A DNA stretch of 64,000 nt from an uncultured Spirochaetota bacterium (GCA_963734545.1 CAVTHO010000007.1:32001-96000), one strand, 5' to 3'; positions 1-9,477 are shown, numbered from the stretch's first letter. Notes: generated by a model from the sequence alone, not told the origin. Numbers and translations are program-made.

Positions 1-264
1 CTCTGCCTGGACTCCCGCACCGGCAGACAGCGATGGATGTTCGCAACAGGCGGCCGCGTAGATTCATCAGCAGTTATCGCTGGCAAGACGGTGCTGTGCG
101 CTTCCACGGACGGGTGGCTGTACCTCCTTGATCTCACACGCGGCAAGGAGCTCTGGAGCTATGAGGTGGGCGGCGAGCTTGTCGCATCGCCCATCGTGGC
201 AGGCATGGTGTTTCTGGGCACGCCGGACGGGGTGGTATGTGCGTGGAGGACGCCGGCGCGGTGA
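1..264 (+). CDS. PQQ-binding-like beta-propeller repeat protein (BamB/AfsK-like), C-terminal part, truncated by window start
   Basis: Frame is open from base 1 (LCLDSRTGRQRWMFATGG...). Repeated LYLLDLTRGKELWSY / SPIV..G.VFLG PQQ-repeat motifs. Stop overlaps the next start (GTGA). Confidence 0.8.
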   Translation, partial: LCLDSRTGRQRWMFATGGRVDSSAVIAGKTVLCASTDGWLYLLDLTRGKELWSYEVGGELVASPIVAGMVFLGTPDGVVCAWRTPAR

Positions 265-1541
265 GGATTGCCTACCTTGTTCCGGGAAACGGGGCCGCCT
301 TCTACTGCGAAAACTGCGTGCGGGACGCGGCCCAGATCCGTGCGCTGAGTGCCGCCGGGCACGAGGTGCTGGCCGTGCCGCTGTACCTGCCGCTCGACTT
401 CCCAAGCACTCGCGTCGCAAGCCCGGTGTTTTTCGGCGCCGTGTCCTTCTTCCTCCAGGAGACGATGCCGGCTCTGGGGCGCCTTCCGAAGTGGCTCCGC
501 CGTCTCACGGACTCTCGGGCGGCTCTTCGCCTGGCAGCCGGTCTTGCGGGCTCCACCTCGGCGCGCGGCCGGGAGGCACTGACGTTGTCCATGCTCTCCG
601 GCGACGACGCCGTCTTCCGCAGGGAGAACGGTCGAGTGGCGGATTGGCTTTCTGCAAACTTCAGACCTGAAGTGATCCACCTTTCGAATCTCCTGTTGAT
701 CGGAATGGCCCAGGATCTGAAAAAGAGGTTCTGCCGGCCGGTCTTTGTCACGCTCCAGGATGAGCATACGTGGCTGGACTCGCTCTCGGAGCCGGCCCGT
801 GCGGCTGCCTGGGAAACGGTGAGGAATCGCGCCGGGGCCGTGGATGCTTTTCTCCCCGTCAGCAACTACTACCGACGCTTCATGATGCAGCGCCTCGGTG
901 TTTCCGCGGATCTTCTGCGCACCGTACGGCCAGGGGTTGAAATGCGTCATCCGGTTCCGAGACCGCTTCCTCCGCGCCGCGCCATCGGTTTTCTCTCCCG
1001 CTGGTCGAAACCCATGGGGCTCGGGCTCCTGGCGGAGGCCTTCTGCCTGCTCAAAGAGGATCAACGCTACAAGGATGTTCAGCTTCTGCTGTGCGGCGGA
1101 GGCACGGGAGAAGATCGCCGCTTCCTCAGGGCGTTGCGCGCCCGGTTCCGGCGTGCGGGTGTCACCAGGGATGTGGCCTTCATGCCCGGCTTTTCCGGTA
1201 AGGATCGTCACCGGTTCTTCAATCGCATCTGGGCTCTCTCCGTGCCCTCCTTCGGGGGTGAGGCCTTTGGAACCTTTGTCGTGGAAGCGCTGGCCGCGGG
1301 CGTTCCCGTGGTGCAGCCCGATGCGGGCGGCTATGCCGAGCTGGTTGACGGTGCGGGAATCCTGGTTCCTCCGGGAGATGCTGCCAGCCTGGCCGGAGCG
1401 CTCTGCCGTCTGCTGGATTCCCCTGGGTTGACGACGGAGTTGGGCCAGAGAGGGCACGACACGGCGCGGAGCTCATTCTCATTCTCCTGCTACGCCCAGT
1501 CGCTGACTGATGCCTACCGCCAGCTTGGAAGCTCCTCATGA
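261..1541 (+). CDS. Glycosyltransferase family 4 (GT-B fold)
   Basis: C-terminal EAFGTFVVEALAAGVPVV GT4 signature; N-terminal FYCENCVRD motif. GTG start chosen at the GTGA overlap. Confidence 0.85.
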   Translation: MRIAYLVPGNGAAFYCENCVRDAAQIRALSAAGHEVLAVPLYLPLDFPSTRVASPVFFGAVSFFLQETMPALGRLPKWLRRLTDSRAALRLAAGLAGSTSARGREALTLSMLSGDDAVFRRENGRVADWLSANFRPEVIHLSNLLLIGMAQDLKKRFCRPVFVTLQDEHTWLDSLSEPARAAAWETVRNRAGAVDAFLPVSNYYRRFMMQRLGVSADLLRTVRPGVEMRHPVPRPLPPRRAIGFLSRWSKPMGLGLLAEAFCLLKEDQRYKDVQLLLCGGGTGEDRRFLRALRARFRRAGVTRDVAFMPGFSGKDRHRFFNRIWALSVPSFGGEAFGTFVVEALAAGVPVVQPDAGGYAELVDGAGILVPPGDAASLAGALCRLLDSPGLTTELGQRGHDTARSSFSFSCYAQSLTDAYRQLGSSS

Positions 1542-2224
1542 CATTAGAAGCCCAGGGCGCCTCCAGGGATTTCGGTACGGCGGGCGGTCCCGTGCGCCGC
1601 GTGCTGGACAGCGTGGATCTTCTGATACATGCAGGAGAGAGAATCGTAATCCAGGGACCAAGCGGAGCCGGCAAGAGCACGCTCCTGAACCTGCTCGGAG
1701 GGATCTCCGCTCCCAGCGCCGGCAGGATCCTTGTGGATGGATGCGACCTTGGAGGCTTCTCCGAGCGCGAGGCTTCCGCCTTCCGCAATCTCCGCGTGGG
1801 ATTTGTGTTCCAGCTTCACCATCTTCTGCCGCAGTTCACGCTCCTGGAAAACGTGCTGCTCCCGGTGCTGGGAAAGGGAGAGGCGTGGCGTGAAGCCGTG
1901 GAGCGCGCGCGTTCCTGGTTCCAGATCGCGGGGCTTTCACACCGCAAAGACGCTTACCCGTTTGAGGTCTCCGTGGGGGAAAGCCAGCGGGCTGCCATCC
2001 TTCGCGCGCTCGTGAACCAGCCCGCAGTGCTTTTTGCGGATGAGCCCACGGGGAGTCTGGACAGGGATACTTCCGACAGGATTGTGGACTTCATCCTGGA
2101 GTGGCAGGAGCGTGTTGCGGCCGCGCTGGTCACGGTGACACACGACAGCGCTGTGGCGGAGCGCAGCGCATCAGGCGGCAGGCTTCTTCGCCTGGTGGAC
2201 GGCAGGCTGCATGCGGCTTCTTAG
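1538..2224 (+). CDS. ABC transporter ATP-binding protein, LolD/MacB-type
   Basis: Walker A GPSGAGKST; VGFVFQLHHLL; degenerate signature VSVGESQR; FADEPTGSLD; VTH switch. Confidence 0.9.
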   Translation: MTLEAQGASRDFGTAGGPVRRVLDSVDLLIHAGERIVIQGPSGAGKSTLLNLLGGISAPSAGRILVDGCDLGGFSEREASAFRNLRVGFVFQLHHLLPQFTLLENVLLPVLGKGEAWREAVERARSWFQIAGLSHRKDAYPFEVSVGESQRAAILRALVNQPAVLFADEPTGSLDRDTSDRIVDFILEWQERVAAALVTVTHDSAVAERSASGGRLLRLVDGRLHAAS

Positions 2225-5200
2225 TGCGGCGCTGAAAAGCACGCGGCTCTACTACAAGACTGCCGCCGCCCTTGCCGGCTCCGCCGCGCTCTGCGGCCTT
2301 GTTCTCTCCGGCGCGCTCGCAACGGGGGACGCCGTTCGCCAGAGCCTCACCGCACGAGCCCGGATGCGTCTGGGGCCCGTGGAAAGCATCGTCTATCAGC
2401 CGGAGCGAAGCTTCGGCTCGGACCTCGGGGATCGACTTCGCGCGGCAGGGTTTGCCCGTGCTGCCGGTACCGCGGTGTATCTCCGTGCGGTTCTTGCACA
2501 CGGAGACAAGCGCGCGCCGGCCGCCCATGTGCTCGGTGTTTCTCCCGGGCCTGCATCCCCGGCTGCGGGAGAGGTTTGGCTCAATCCATGGACAGCCGGT
2601 CTGCTGGGCGCAGCACTGGGTGACACGATCCTGATCCAGACACAGAAGCCCAGTCTCCTTCCCGCGGAAGCGCCCATGGGTATGCAGCCGACCATCGTGG
2701 CGCTGCGCGTGAAGGTGGCGCGCATCACGGATAAGTACCCGTTGTGTTTTGACCCCAATGCGAACCAGGAGCTGCCCTTCCTTGCCGTTGTTGACCGTGA
2801 CTCGTTGGCCGATCGCGTCGGGTGGGAGGGCAGGGCCAACCTCCTGCTCATCGAGACCGGCACCCAGGGGAGCACGAGCGGGGTCACGCGGCAAACTTCC
2901 GTGCGCCAGGCTCTGGATCAGGCGTGGAATCTTTCCGATGCCGGCTATGAGGTTGAGTCCGCGCCGCACGGCCTGGCAATCCTGGACACGCAGCGTGTCT
3001 TCATTGAGCCCTCGGTTGCACGCGCTGCATCCGGACCCGATGTCTCAGGTTACTTCGGCTATTTTGTGGACACGGTGAGAAAACGGGACGCTGCGATTCA
3101 GGCCCCCTACGTGTTTGTTGCCGCCGGGGAGAAAGATCCCGTGCCGGTTCCACCGGCCGGAGGGGCTGTTATCACAGAATGGCTGGCCAGGGATATTCGT
3201 GCGAGTGCCGGGGATACCATTGAGCTCCGGTTTCGCATTCCGAATGATGTGGGACAACTGGAGCAAAGACATGCCGAGCTCACCGTGGCCGGAGTAATCC
3301 CCGTTCCGGCAAGCCCTCTTATCCGCGCCCTCACGCCGCGTTTTCCCGGGCTGTCGGACATGGTGTCATGTCGCGACTGGAGACCGGGCATGCCCCTTGA
3401 TCTCTCCCGCATCACACCTCGCGACGAGGCATACTGGAGGCTCTACCAGGCAACCCCGCGCCTGTTTCTCAATTTCAGCGATGCGGACCGAATCTTTGCC
3501 AATCCGTTTGGAAACAGGACCGCCCTTTGCTTTGCGGGCTCAGAGCGACAGCCGCGGCTCACGCCAGAGGTCTCGGGGTTTGTCCTTGACGAGGTGAGAC
3601 GCACCGGTCTCATCTCCGCGGCAGAAGGCACGGATTTTTCAGGTCTTTTTGTCGGTCTCAGCTCCCTTGTGGTCCTGGCCGGGCTCCTGTTGGGATCCCT
3701 TACCCTTGGCCTGTCATTGCGTCGCAGGGCCGGAGAAAGGGAGACGTTGCGGGCCCTGGGCTGGCCGCCCGGCAGGATCAGGGCCGCAGTGGTTGTGGAG
3801 GTCCTGGCGGTTGTGCTACCGGCATCCATTCCAGGCGCGGCGCTCGGGCTTTTCTATGACAGGCTGGCCATTTACTGGCTCAACAAGATCTGGGCATCCG
3901 CGTCCGCGGGTCCTCTGCTTCAGGCGCGTTTCTCACTGGCTTCCGCGGCAGAGGCTGTTGCAGCGACCCTGGCCTTGTTTGTCGTCATTGCGATCTGGCA
4001 TGCGCACGCATCCGGACGCCGGACGCAGCGCAGGGCCCGCACGTCCAGCGGCGTACCGGCAGCTCTTGCCGTTGCGGCCGCCCTGGCCGCGGTAGCGTGT
4101 GCAGCCGCGCCGACAAACGTCGACCAATCGATTCGCTGGTTCGGGGTCGGGCTTCTTGCGCTTGCCTGCTGCATCTGCGGGTTCTGGTGGTTCCTGTCGA
4201 AGGCCGGGCGCCTGGACTACAGACGCCCCAGGCCCCTTCTTCGATGGATGCATCGGAGAAGAGGCCGCTGCGTGGGAGAGGCGGCGCTTCTCTCTGTGGG
4301 AGTTTTTCTGGTGCTGGGCATCGGCGGGTATGTTCCGCGTGTGCCGGATGCCGCAGATCCTCATTCGGGAACCGGGGGATTTTCCTGGCTCCTGCAGACT
4401 TCGCTTCCCGTGACTGCGCAGGAGGTCTCTTCCTTGCCTGATGCCGTGGGCATCAGGGTCAGGGAGGGGGCGGATGCAAGCTGCCTCAACCTGAACAGGT
4501 CCAAGGTGCCACCGGTCTGGGGCGTGGACCCCGGGGCTTTTTTCGGCCGTTTCGGCATGGACTGGTCGATCCTGGACAGACCGCTTGAGGACGGCTCAAT
4601 CCCCGCGGTTTCCGATACGTCTGTCATCACGTGGGGCCTGGCCAGGCGTGTGGGGGACTCGCTGGACTACGTCGATGAAAGCGGAAGGGCCGTGCGCGTG
4701 ACGCTGGTGGCCGGCATGCCGGATTCCATATTTCAAGGCGCGCTCCTGGTTTCAGAGAAAAGCTTCAAGCGCCTGTATCCCTCCGAGCCCGGCTACCGCA
4801 GGCTGCTCGTCACACGGACGGACATGTCCGACATGGAGAGGGCTCTCCGGAGCCGTGGCCTTGCGGCCGAGACGACGTCGCAGAGGTTGTCCCGGTTCAT
4901 GTCGGTGGAAGCCACGTATCTTTCAATCTTCGTTGTGCTGGGCGGGCTGGGCGTGGCGCTGGGCAGCATTGGATTTGCGCTTCTCTGTTTTCGGACGCTC
5001 ACCGAAGAGGCCCGAAGCATCGCCATCCTTTCTGCGCTGGGCTGGCCGCGAAGAAGGCTTCTTGCGGCAAGCTGGGGAGAACACGTCATGGCGTGGCTGT
5101 GGGGAGCCGCAGCAGGAACCCTGGCCGCGGCAACGGCCCTGGTGCCGCAGGCAGCTCGAGTCAACTGGCGGCCGTGGGCCGCAATGGCACTCCTGATCTG

Positions 5201-5279
5201 GGCCTGCGGAGCGGCGGCGTTGTTCCTGGCCGCGGCGTTGAAGCCTCAACCGGACGCGGATCTCCTTCGCCCTGAGTAG
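2211..5279 (+). CDS. Large ABC permease with two FtsX/MacB-like repeats
   Basis: 1022 aa with two large extracytoplasmic domains, each followed by TM helices and LRALGW / LSALGW FtsX motifs. Follows the LolD-like ATPase. Confidence 0.85.
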   Translation: MRLLSAALKSTRLYYKTAAALAGSAALCGLVLSGALATGDAVRQSLTARARMRLGPVESIVYQPERSFGSDLGDRLRAAGFARAAGTAVYLRAVLAHGDKRAPAAHVLGVSPGPASPAAGEVWLNPWTAGLLGAALGDTILIQTQKPSLLPAEAPMGMQPTIVALRVKVARITDKYPLCFDPNANQELPFLAVVDRDSLADRVGWEGRANLLLIETGTQGSTSGVTRQTSVRQALDQAWNLSDAGYEVESAPHGLAILDTQRVFIEPSVARAASGPDVSGYFGYFVDTVRKRDAAIQAPYVFVAAGEKDPVPVPPAGGAVITEWLARDIRASAGDTIELRFRIPNDVGQLEQRHAELTVAGVIPVPASPLIRALTPRFPGLSDMVSCRDWRPGMPLDLSRITPRDEAYWRLYQATPRLFLNFSDADRIFANPFGNRTALCFAGSERQPRLTPEVSGFVLDEVRRTGLISAAEGTDFSGLFVGLSSLVVLAGLLLGSLTLGLSLRRRAGERETLRALGWPPGRIRAAVVVEVLAVVLPASIPGAALGLFYDRLAIYWLNKIWASASAGPLLQARFSLASAAEAVAATLALFVVIAIWHAHASGRRTQRRARTSSGVPAALAVAAALAAVACAAAPTNVDQSIRWFGVGLLALACCICGFWWFLSKAGRLDYRRPRPLLRWMHRRRGRCVGEAALLSVGVFLVLGIGGYVPRVPDAADPHSGTGGFSWLLQTSLPVTAQEVSSLPDAVGIRVREGADASCLNLNRSKVPPVWGVDPGAFFGRFGMDWSILDRPLEDGSIPAVSDTSVITWGLARRVGDSLDYVDESGRAVRVTLVAGMPDSIFQGALLVSEKSFKRLYPSEPGYRRLLVTRTDMSDMERALRSRGLAAETTSQRLSRFMSVEATYLSIFVVLGGLGVALGSIGFALLCFRTLTEEARSIAILSALGWPRRRLLAASWGEHVMAWLWGAAAGTLAAATALVPQAARVNWRPWAAMALLIWACGAAALFLAAALKPQPDADLLRPE

Positions 5280-5370
5280 CCGCCGACAGTACGATGGCGC
5301 TGCAGTGCCAGCTCAGCGGCTTGCGCGGGCATGGAGTCTGGGATATGGTCAGCAGCAAGGAACGATTTTC

Positions 5371-5577
5371 ATGTTTGGCATTGGACTGCCTGAGCTGCTC
5401 ATCATTGGCGTTCTGATCCTTCTTTTCATGAACCCGAAAGACATGCCATCGATGTTCAGAAAGATCGGAAGGGCCGTGAACGAAATGAAAAAGATGCGCG
5501 AGAGCTTCCTCGAGAGCTTGCGGGATCTTGACGCCAGGGAAAAAGGGTCCAAGAATAGATCACGCTCAAGGACCTGA
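5371..5577 (+). CDS. tatB: Twin-arginine translocase TatB-like subunit
   Basis: MFGIGLPELLII..L.....PKDMP N-terminal TM plus amphipathic helix; adjacent to tatA and tatC. Confidence 0.75.
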   Translation: MFGIGLPELLIIGVLILLFMNPKDMPSMFRKIGRAVNEMKKMRESFLESLRDLDAREKGSKNRSRSRT

Positions 5578-5598
5578 CCGATAGAGTGAGGTGAAAGT

Positions 5599-5787
5599 AT
5601 GATAGGCACCGTGGAGATACTGATCATCTGTGCGGTCGTGCTGGTCCTGTTTGGCGCAGCCGCTATTCCCAAGTTCGCGCGGTCCCTCGGGAGAGCACGG
5701 AAAGAGTTCGAAGAGGGGCTGAAAGAGGGAACAAAAGACACATCCACTCCCGGGAAGAAGGACCGTGAGGAAAAAAGAAAGGCCTAG
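5599..5787 (+). CDS. tatA: Twin-arginine translocase TatA/E subunit
   Basis: EILII.AVVLVLFG...IPKFARSLGRARKEFEEG; GAGGTG RBS upstream. Confidence 0.9.
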   Translation: MIGTVEILIICAVVLVLFGAAAIPKFARSLGRARKEFEEGLKEGTKDTSTPGKKDREEKRKA

Positions 5788-6515
5788 GTCTGTCCAGGTT
5801 TCCTCTGAGCAATCGCGGCCAGGAGTATGCTGAAGAAGAAGAGCGCCACCATCGGAAGCGCCACCAGCATCATGTTGAAAGCGTCCACCGTAGGGGTGAT
5901 CACTGCCGCGACCCCCGTGATTGCGACGATCGCTATGCGCCAGCCCTTGAGAAGCATTCCCGCGGTCACAATTCGAAGCTTGGCAAGCATGAAGACCACG
6001 AGGGGAAGCTCGAAGAACAACCCAACCCAGAATAGCAGCGAAGTCACGAACGGATAGAAACGTTCGGACGTCCATTGTGTCTTGAAAACATCCGGAAGGA
6101 AACCTGAGAGGAACCGGACGGCAACGGGAACCAGCACAAACCAGGCGAATGCGGTCCCTGTGAGGAAGAGGGCAATCGCAGAAGGAATCACTGCATAGGC
6201 GTAGCGCCGCTCCTGGGGATGAAGACCGGGAGAGATGAATCTCCACAGCTCGACCAGGACAACCGGCATGGCCAGTATGGCTCCGACGGTGAAAGCAATT
6301 CGCATGTAGACCGAAAAACCCTCCGTGGGACCGATTACAATCAGCTGGTTGCCGTACGGACTGAAAAGGTACTTCAATATCGAAGGGGCAAAAAACAGGC
6401 TCGCGCTTCCGCAGAGAACGAACGCGACGACAATGCGAATCAGATGCTTCCGAAACTCAGCGAGATGATCAAAGAAGGTCATCCCGCCCTCCGAGCCGTC
6501 AGGATCCTTCTTCAT
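5784..6515 (-). CDS. tatC: Twin-arginine translocase TatC
   Basis: MTFFDHLAEFRKHL, WRFISPGL..ERRY, FELP and AAVITPTVD motifs; about 6 TM helices. Confidence 0.95.
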   Translation of the reverse strand: MKKDPDGSEGGMTFFDHLAEFRKHLIRIVVAFVLCGSASLFFAPSILKYLFSPYGNQLIVIGPTEGFSVYMRIAFTVGAILAMPVVLVELWRFISPGLHPQERRYAYAVIPSAIALFLTGTAFAWFVLVPVAVRFLSGFLPDVFKTQWTSERFYPFVTSLLFWVGLFFELPLVVFMLAKLRIVTAGMLLKGWRIAIVAITGVAAVITPTVDAFNMMLVALPMVALFFFSILLAAIAQRKPGQT

Positions 6516-6633
6516 GGTGCCGAGCCTATTGGCGAGATGCGGAGGTGTCAAGTTGCTGTGGCGCACGCCGCCCTGCCGACAATGGCATGCGACATTGACA
6601 GGTGGAGGCGCAGCCCCTATACTTCGACTCATT

Positions 6634-7575
6634 ATGAAAATACATGACAACATGAGGATTTTCAGCGGAGCCTTCGGATCAGCCGCGCTGATCCTTGTGC
6701 TGCTGCTTGCTTCAATCAGCGCCTACGCCGAGGAACTGTCAGGCGACAACGCGTATCTTCAAAAGAAAGATTCCGTTTTCCTTGTCAACCAATCCGTTTT
6801 CATCGACGCAAAAAAAATATCGAACCAGGAGCTGTTCAAGAAGCTTGAAACGGCCATGGGTCGAAAAATACTGGACGAATACATACCCATCGTCTATGGA
6901 ACCGCGTTCCTTATCAATCCCGACGGGCATATGGTAACGGCCTTGCACGTGGTGAAATACGTGACGGTGGATTCGCGCAGAAAATGGGCGCTTTACAGCT
7001 TCCTTCACTACATCTCCAAGTACATAATCCCCGGTTACCTGTCCACGCGGGAGCTGAACGCCGTCTGCACCGAGTTCAAGAGAGTCATTGCAGGGTCCTC
7101 GGACATCACGATTACCATGAAATCCAGCGTGAACAACAAAGTATACGCGGCGCAGGTGATCGCTCAGAGCGATGCCCTGGATCTCGCGCTATTGAAAATC
7201 ACCCTGGACCAGAAGATCGCGCCAATCGCGCTGGGCGACAGCGCGGGCATCAAAGTAGGAGATCCGGTGATGACGATCGGCTATCCGCTGCAATCCATCA
7301 TGGACCAGTTCCTGGACGATTTCAAACCGACGGTTACAAACGGGATAGTCTCCGCGCTCAGGACCGACAATTGGGACATCCAGCATACCGCGTCCATAAA
7401 CAGCGGGAATTCCGGCGGACCATTGCTCACCAAGGATGGCAGGCTCGTCGGAGTGAATGTGGGCACTATCACGAAAGCCAATAATATATATTTTTCCACA
7501 AACTCGAATAAGCTCCGCAATTGGCTGAAAGAGATAGGCAAATCCGGTCTTGTTGCCGATTCGGAGAAACAATAA
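6634..7575 (+). CDS. Secreted trypsin-like (S1C-type) serine protease without PDZ domain
   Basis: Signal peptide; TALHVV (His), DLALLK (Asp), INSGNSGGP (Ser). Start could be 6652. Confidence 0.85.
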   Translation: MKIHDNMRIFSGAFGSAALILVLLLASISAYAEELSGDNAYLQKKDSVFLVNQSVFIDAKKISNQELFKKLETAMGRKILDEYIPIVYGTAFLINPDGHMVTALHVVKYVTVDSRRKWALYSFLHYISKYIIPGYLSTRELNAVCTEFKRVIAGSSDITITMKSSVNNKVYAAQVIAQSDALDLALLKITLDQKIAPIALGDSAGIKVGDPVMTIGYPLQSIMDQFLDDFKPTVTNGIVSALRTDNWDIQHTASINSGNSGGPLLTKDGRLVGVNVGTITKANNIYFSTNSNKLRNWLKEIGKSGLVADSEKQ

Positions 7576-8111
7576 TGGGTAATAAAAGAATAGTCTGTTC
7601 GCTTTCATGTATTGTCGCGGTGGTATTGCTTTCCAGCTGCGCCGGATTCCCGAAGCCTGCCTCGGCGGACGATACGCTGCTGGTGGTTCCCGTCGTCGTC
7701 ATCGACGCCCAATATGCGGGGTTCCAAGGCACATTCGGTTATAATATCAGAATGGAGCAGGTAGACACCGGGACAACCCGGACCGTCACGATCATGTCCT
7801 CGACGGGCGTGGGGTACGCGTACTTCCAGGGACTCCCGGAAGGCAAGTATATATTGAAAGAATACACGACCATCGGCTTGTCCGGCTCCTCGGTTCGTCC
7901 CATCGAAACGCAAAAATATCTGGTTTTAGAAAAAGGCAAGGTCTCCATCTTTCCGATCAAGATAGTCATGACGATTTTCGATGCGGAAGACAGGGACAGA
8001 TATACCGGCACTATATATACCGATTTCATTGAGATAGACGAACGGCAAGCGGCGCGCATGCTTGACTACATCGGCGGCAAAGAAGAGAACTTTTCGTCCT
8101 GGAAGAGATAG
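7575..8111 (+). CDS. Hypothetical lipoprotein
   Basis: Lipobox-like VLLSSC after a hydrophobic stretch; TAATG overlap with the protease stop. Confidence 0.7.
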   Translation: MGNKRIVCSLSCIVAVVLLSSCAGFPKPASADDTLLVVPVVVIDAQYAGFQGTFGYNIRMEQVDTGTTRTVTIMSSTGVGYAYFQGLPEGKYILKEYTTIGLSGSSVRPIETQKYLVLEKGKVSIFPIKIVMTIFDAEDRDRYTGTIYTDFIEIDERQAARMLDYIGGKEENFSSWKR

Positions 8112-8173
8112 ACGCATGGAGACGCACCGGCGTCCGCTTCTCTTGCACTGACGCCGGCCGACCGTGCGCAATG

Positions 8174-8276
8174 TCAGCGCGGAAGCTGCTTGTAATCTCG
8201 AGGAGGCACCCCGAGGTACTTTTTGAAGTTCGCGGAGAAGTTCTTGTAGTCGCTGAACCCCACGCGTTCTGCGATT
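8174..8276 (-). pseudogene. AraC-family regulator, C-terminal HTH remnant
   Basis: [29 protein letters not shown] matches the AraC C-terminal signature; the rest of the gene is absent. Confidence 0.75.
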
Positions 8277-8798
8277 AAAGGCGTCGACATCCTGATCAAC
8301 AATGCCGGCATTTCGTCCCGCGGTCCTGCCGAGAGCCTCGAGGAAGCGGATTGGGACAGGGTCATCGATGTGAACCTGAAGGGGCCCTTCCTCTGCTCAC
8401 AGGCCGCGGGCCGTGTCATGATCCGGCAGAAGCACGGCGCCATCGTCAATATCGCATCGGTCGTCGGGCAGCGTGGGCTCCTGCATCGGCACGACCTCGC
8501 CGTTGCCTACTGCTGCAGCAAGGGGGGATTGATCCAGCTGACACGAGCTCTCGCCGCCGAATGGGCGGGCTATGGCATTCGCGTCAATGCAGTGGCCCCC
8601 ACCTACCTTCAGACGGACCTCACGCGCCACTTGTTTGCAGATCCGGACTTCGAGCGTTTCGTGCTCGGAAAGATTCCCCTGGGAAGGCTGCCTGCTCCGG
8701 AGGAAGTGGTCCCCGCCGTGGTCTACCTGGCCTCGGACGCGGCACGCATGGTAACCGGCCACGTTCTCGATATCGACGGAGGCTGGCTGGCTGTGTGA
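8277..8798 (+). pseudogene. Classical SDR oxidoreductase lacking its N-terminal Rossmann segment
   Basis: [21 protein letters not shown] (YxxxK), GIRVNAVAP and IDGG are present. No TGxxxGxG motif; in-frame TAG at 8247. Confidence 0.8.
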
Positions 8799-8813
8799 GG
8801 AGCCTGGAAAGCC

Positions 8814-8842
8814 TTGACAGACTGCTTAACATATGTTACCCT
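8814..8842 (+). promoter_or_regulatory. Sigma70 promoter of imuA with palindromic operator TAACATATGTTA (8827-8838)
   Basis: TTGACA-17 bp-TACCCT with extended TG; perfect 12-bp palindrome in the spacer. Confidence 0.65.
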
Positions 8843-8850
8843 GTTGAGTG

Positions 8851-9477
8851 ATGTCGTCCTTTGCGAACCTTCCGATAGTTCGCGCGTCGCACCTGAAGGC
8901 AGCACACCTGGAGGCGGCCAGCGGCGGTGGATCATGGCGATTCGACAATCTGGTCGGGGTCCTGGCAGAGGTCTCGGAAGAGGTGCCGTCAGGGGCCGTC
9001 AGCTTTGCCGCCGAGATTATCGCCCAAGCCCAGACACAGAGAGAGCCTGTTGCATGGGTCACGGGGACGGAATCCGTCTTTTTTCCCCCTGACCTTCACA
9101 ACCGGGGTATCGACCTCTCCGCCGTCGCCGTCATCAGGGTGGAAGAAGAAACCGACTCCCTGATGGCTGCGGAATGGCTTGTAAGGTCAGGGGCCATGGG
9201 ACTCGTGGTCGTGGACCTTGATGCGCATGGGAACATCACTGATGCCTCCCTGGGAAGGCTCCTGAAGCTTGCTGAGCGGAACCTTTGCGCGGTCCTCTTT
9301 CTCACACGCAAGCGTGGCCAGGACCCCTCCCTCGGCTCCAGGATCTCACTGCGGGGCTGCATCACCCGGACAGGCAACGGGCCCTTTGTCATCGACATTC
9401 GTACGACCAAGGACAAGCGCTCCAACTTCAGCTCCCGGCAAAGCAGGCGGTACCATGGCCCTTCTGGGATGCATTAG
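8851..9477 (+). CDS. imuA: ImuA-like RecA-fold accessory protein
   Basis: RecA-like core (FFPPDL..RGIDL, LVRSGAMGLVVVD) without a Walker A; first gene of the imuB-dnaE2 cassette. Confidence 0.75.
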   Translation: MSSFANLPIVRASHLKAAHLEAASGGGSWRFDNLVGVLAEVSEEVPSGAVSFAAEIIAQAQTQREPVAWVTGTESVFFPPDLHNRGIDLSAVAVIRVEEETDSLMAAEWLVRSGAMGLVVVDLDAHGNITDASLGRLLKLAERNLCAVLFLTRKRGQDPSLGSRISLRGCITRTGNGPFVIDIRTTKDKRSNFSSRQSRRYHGPSGMH

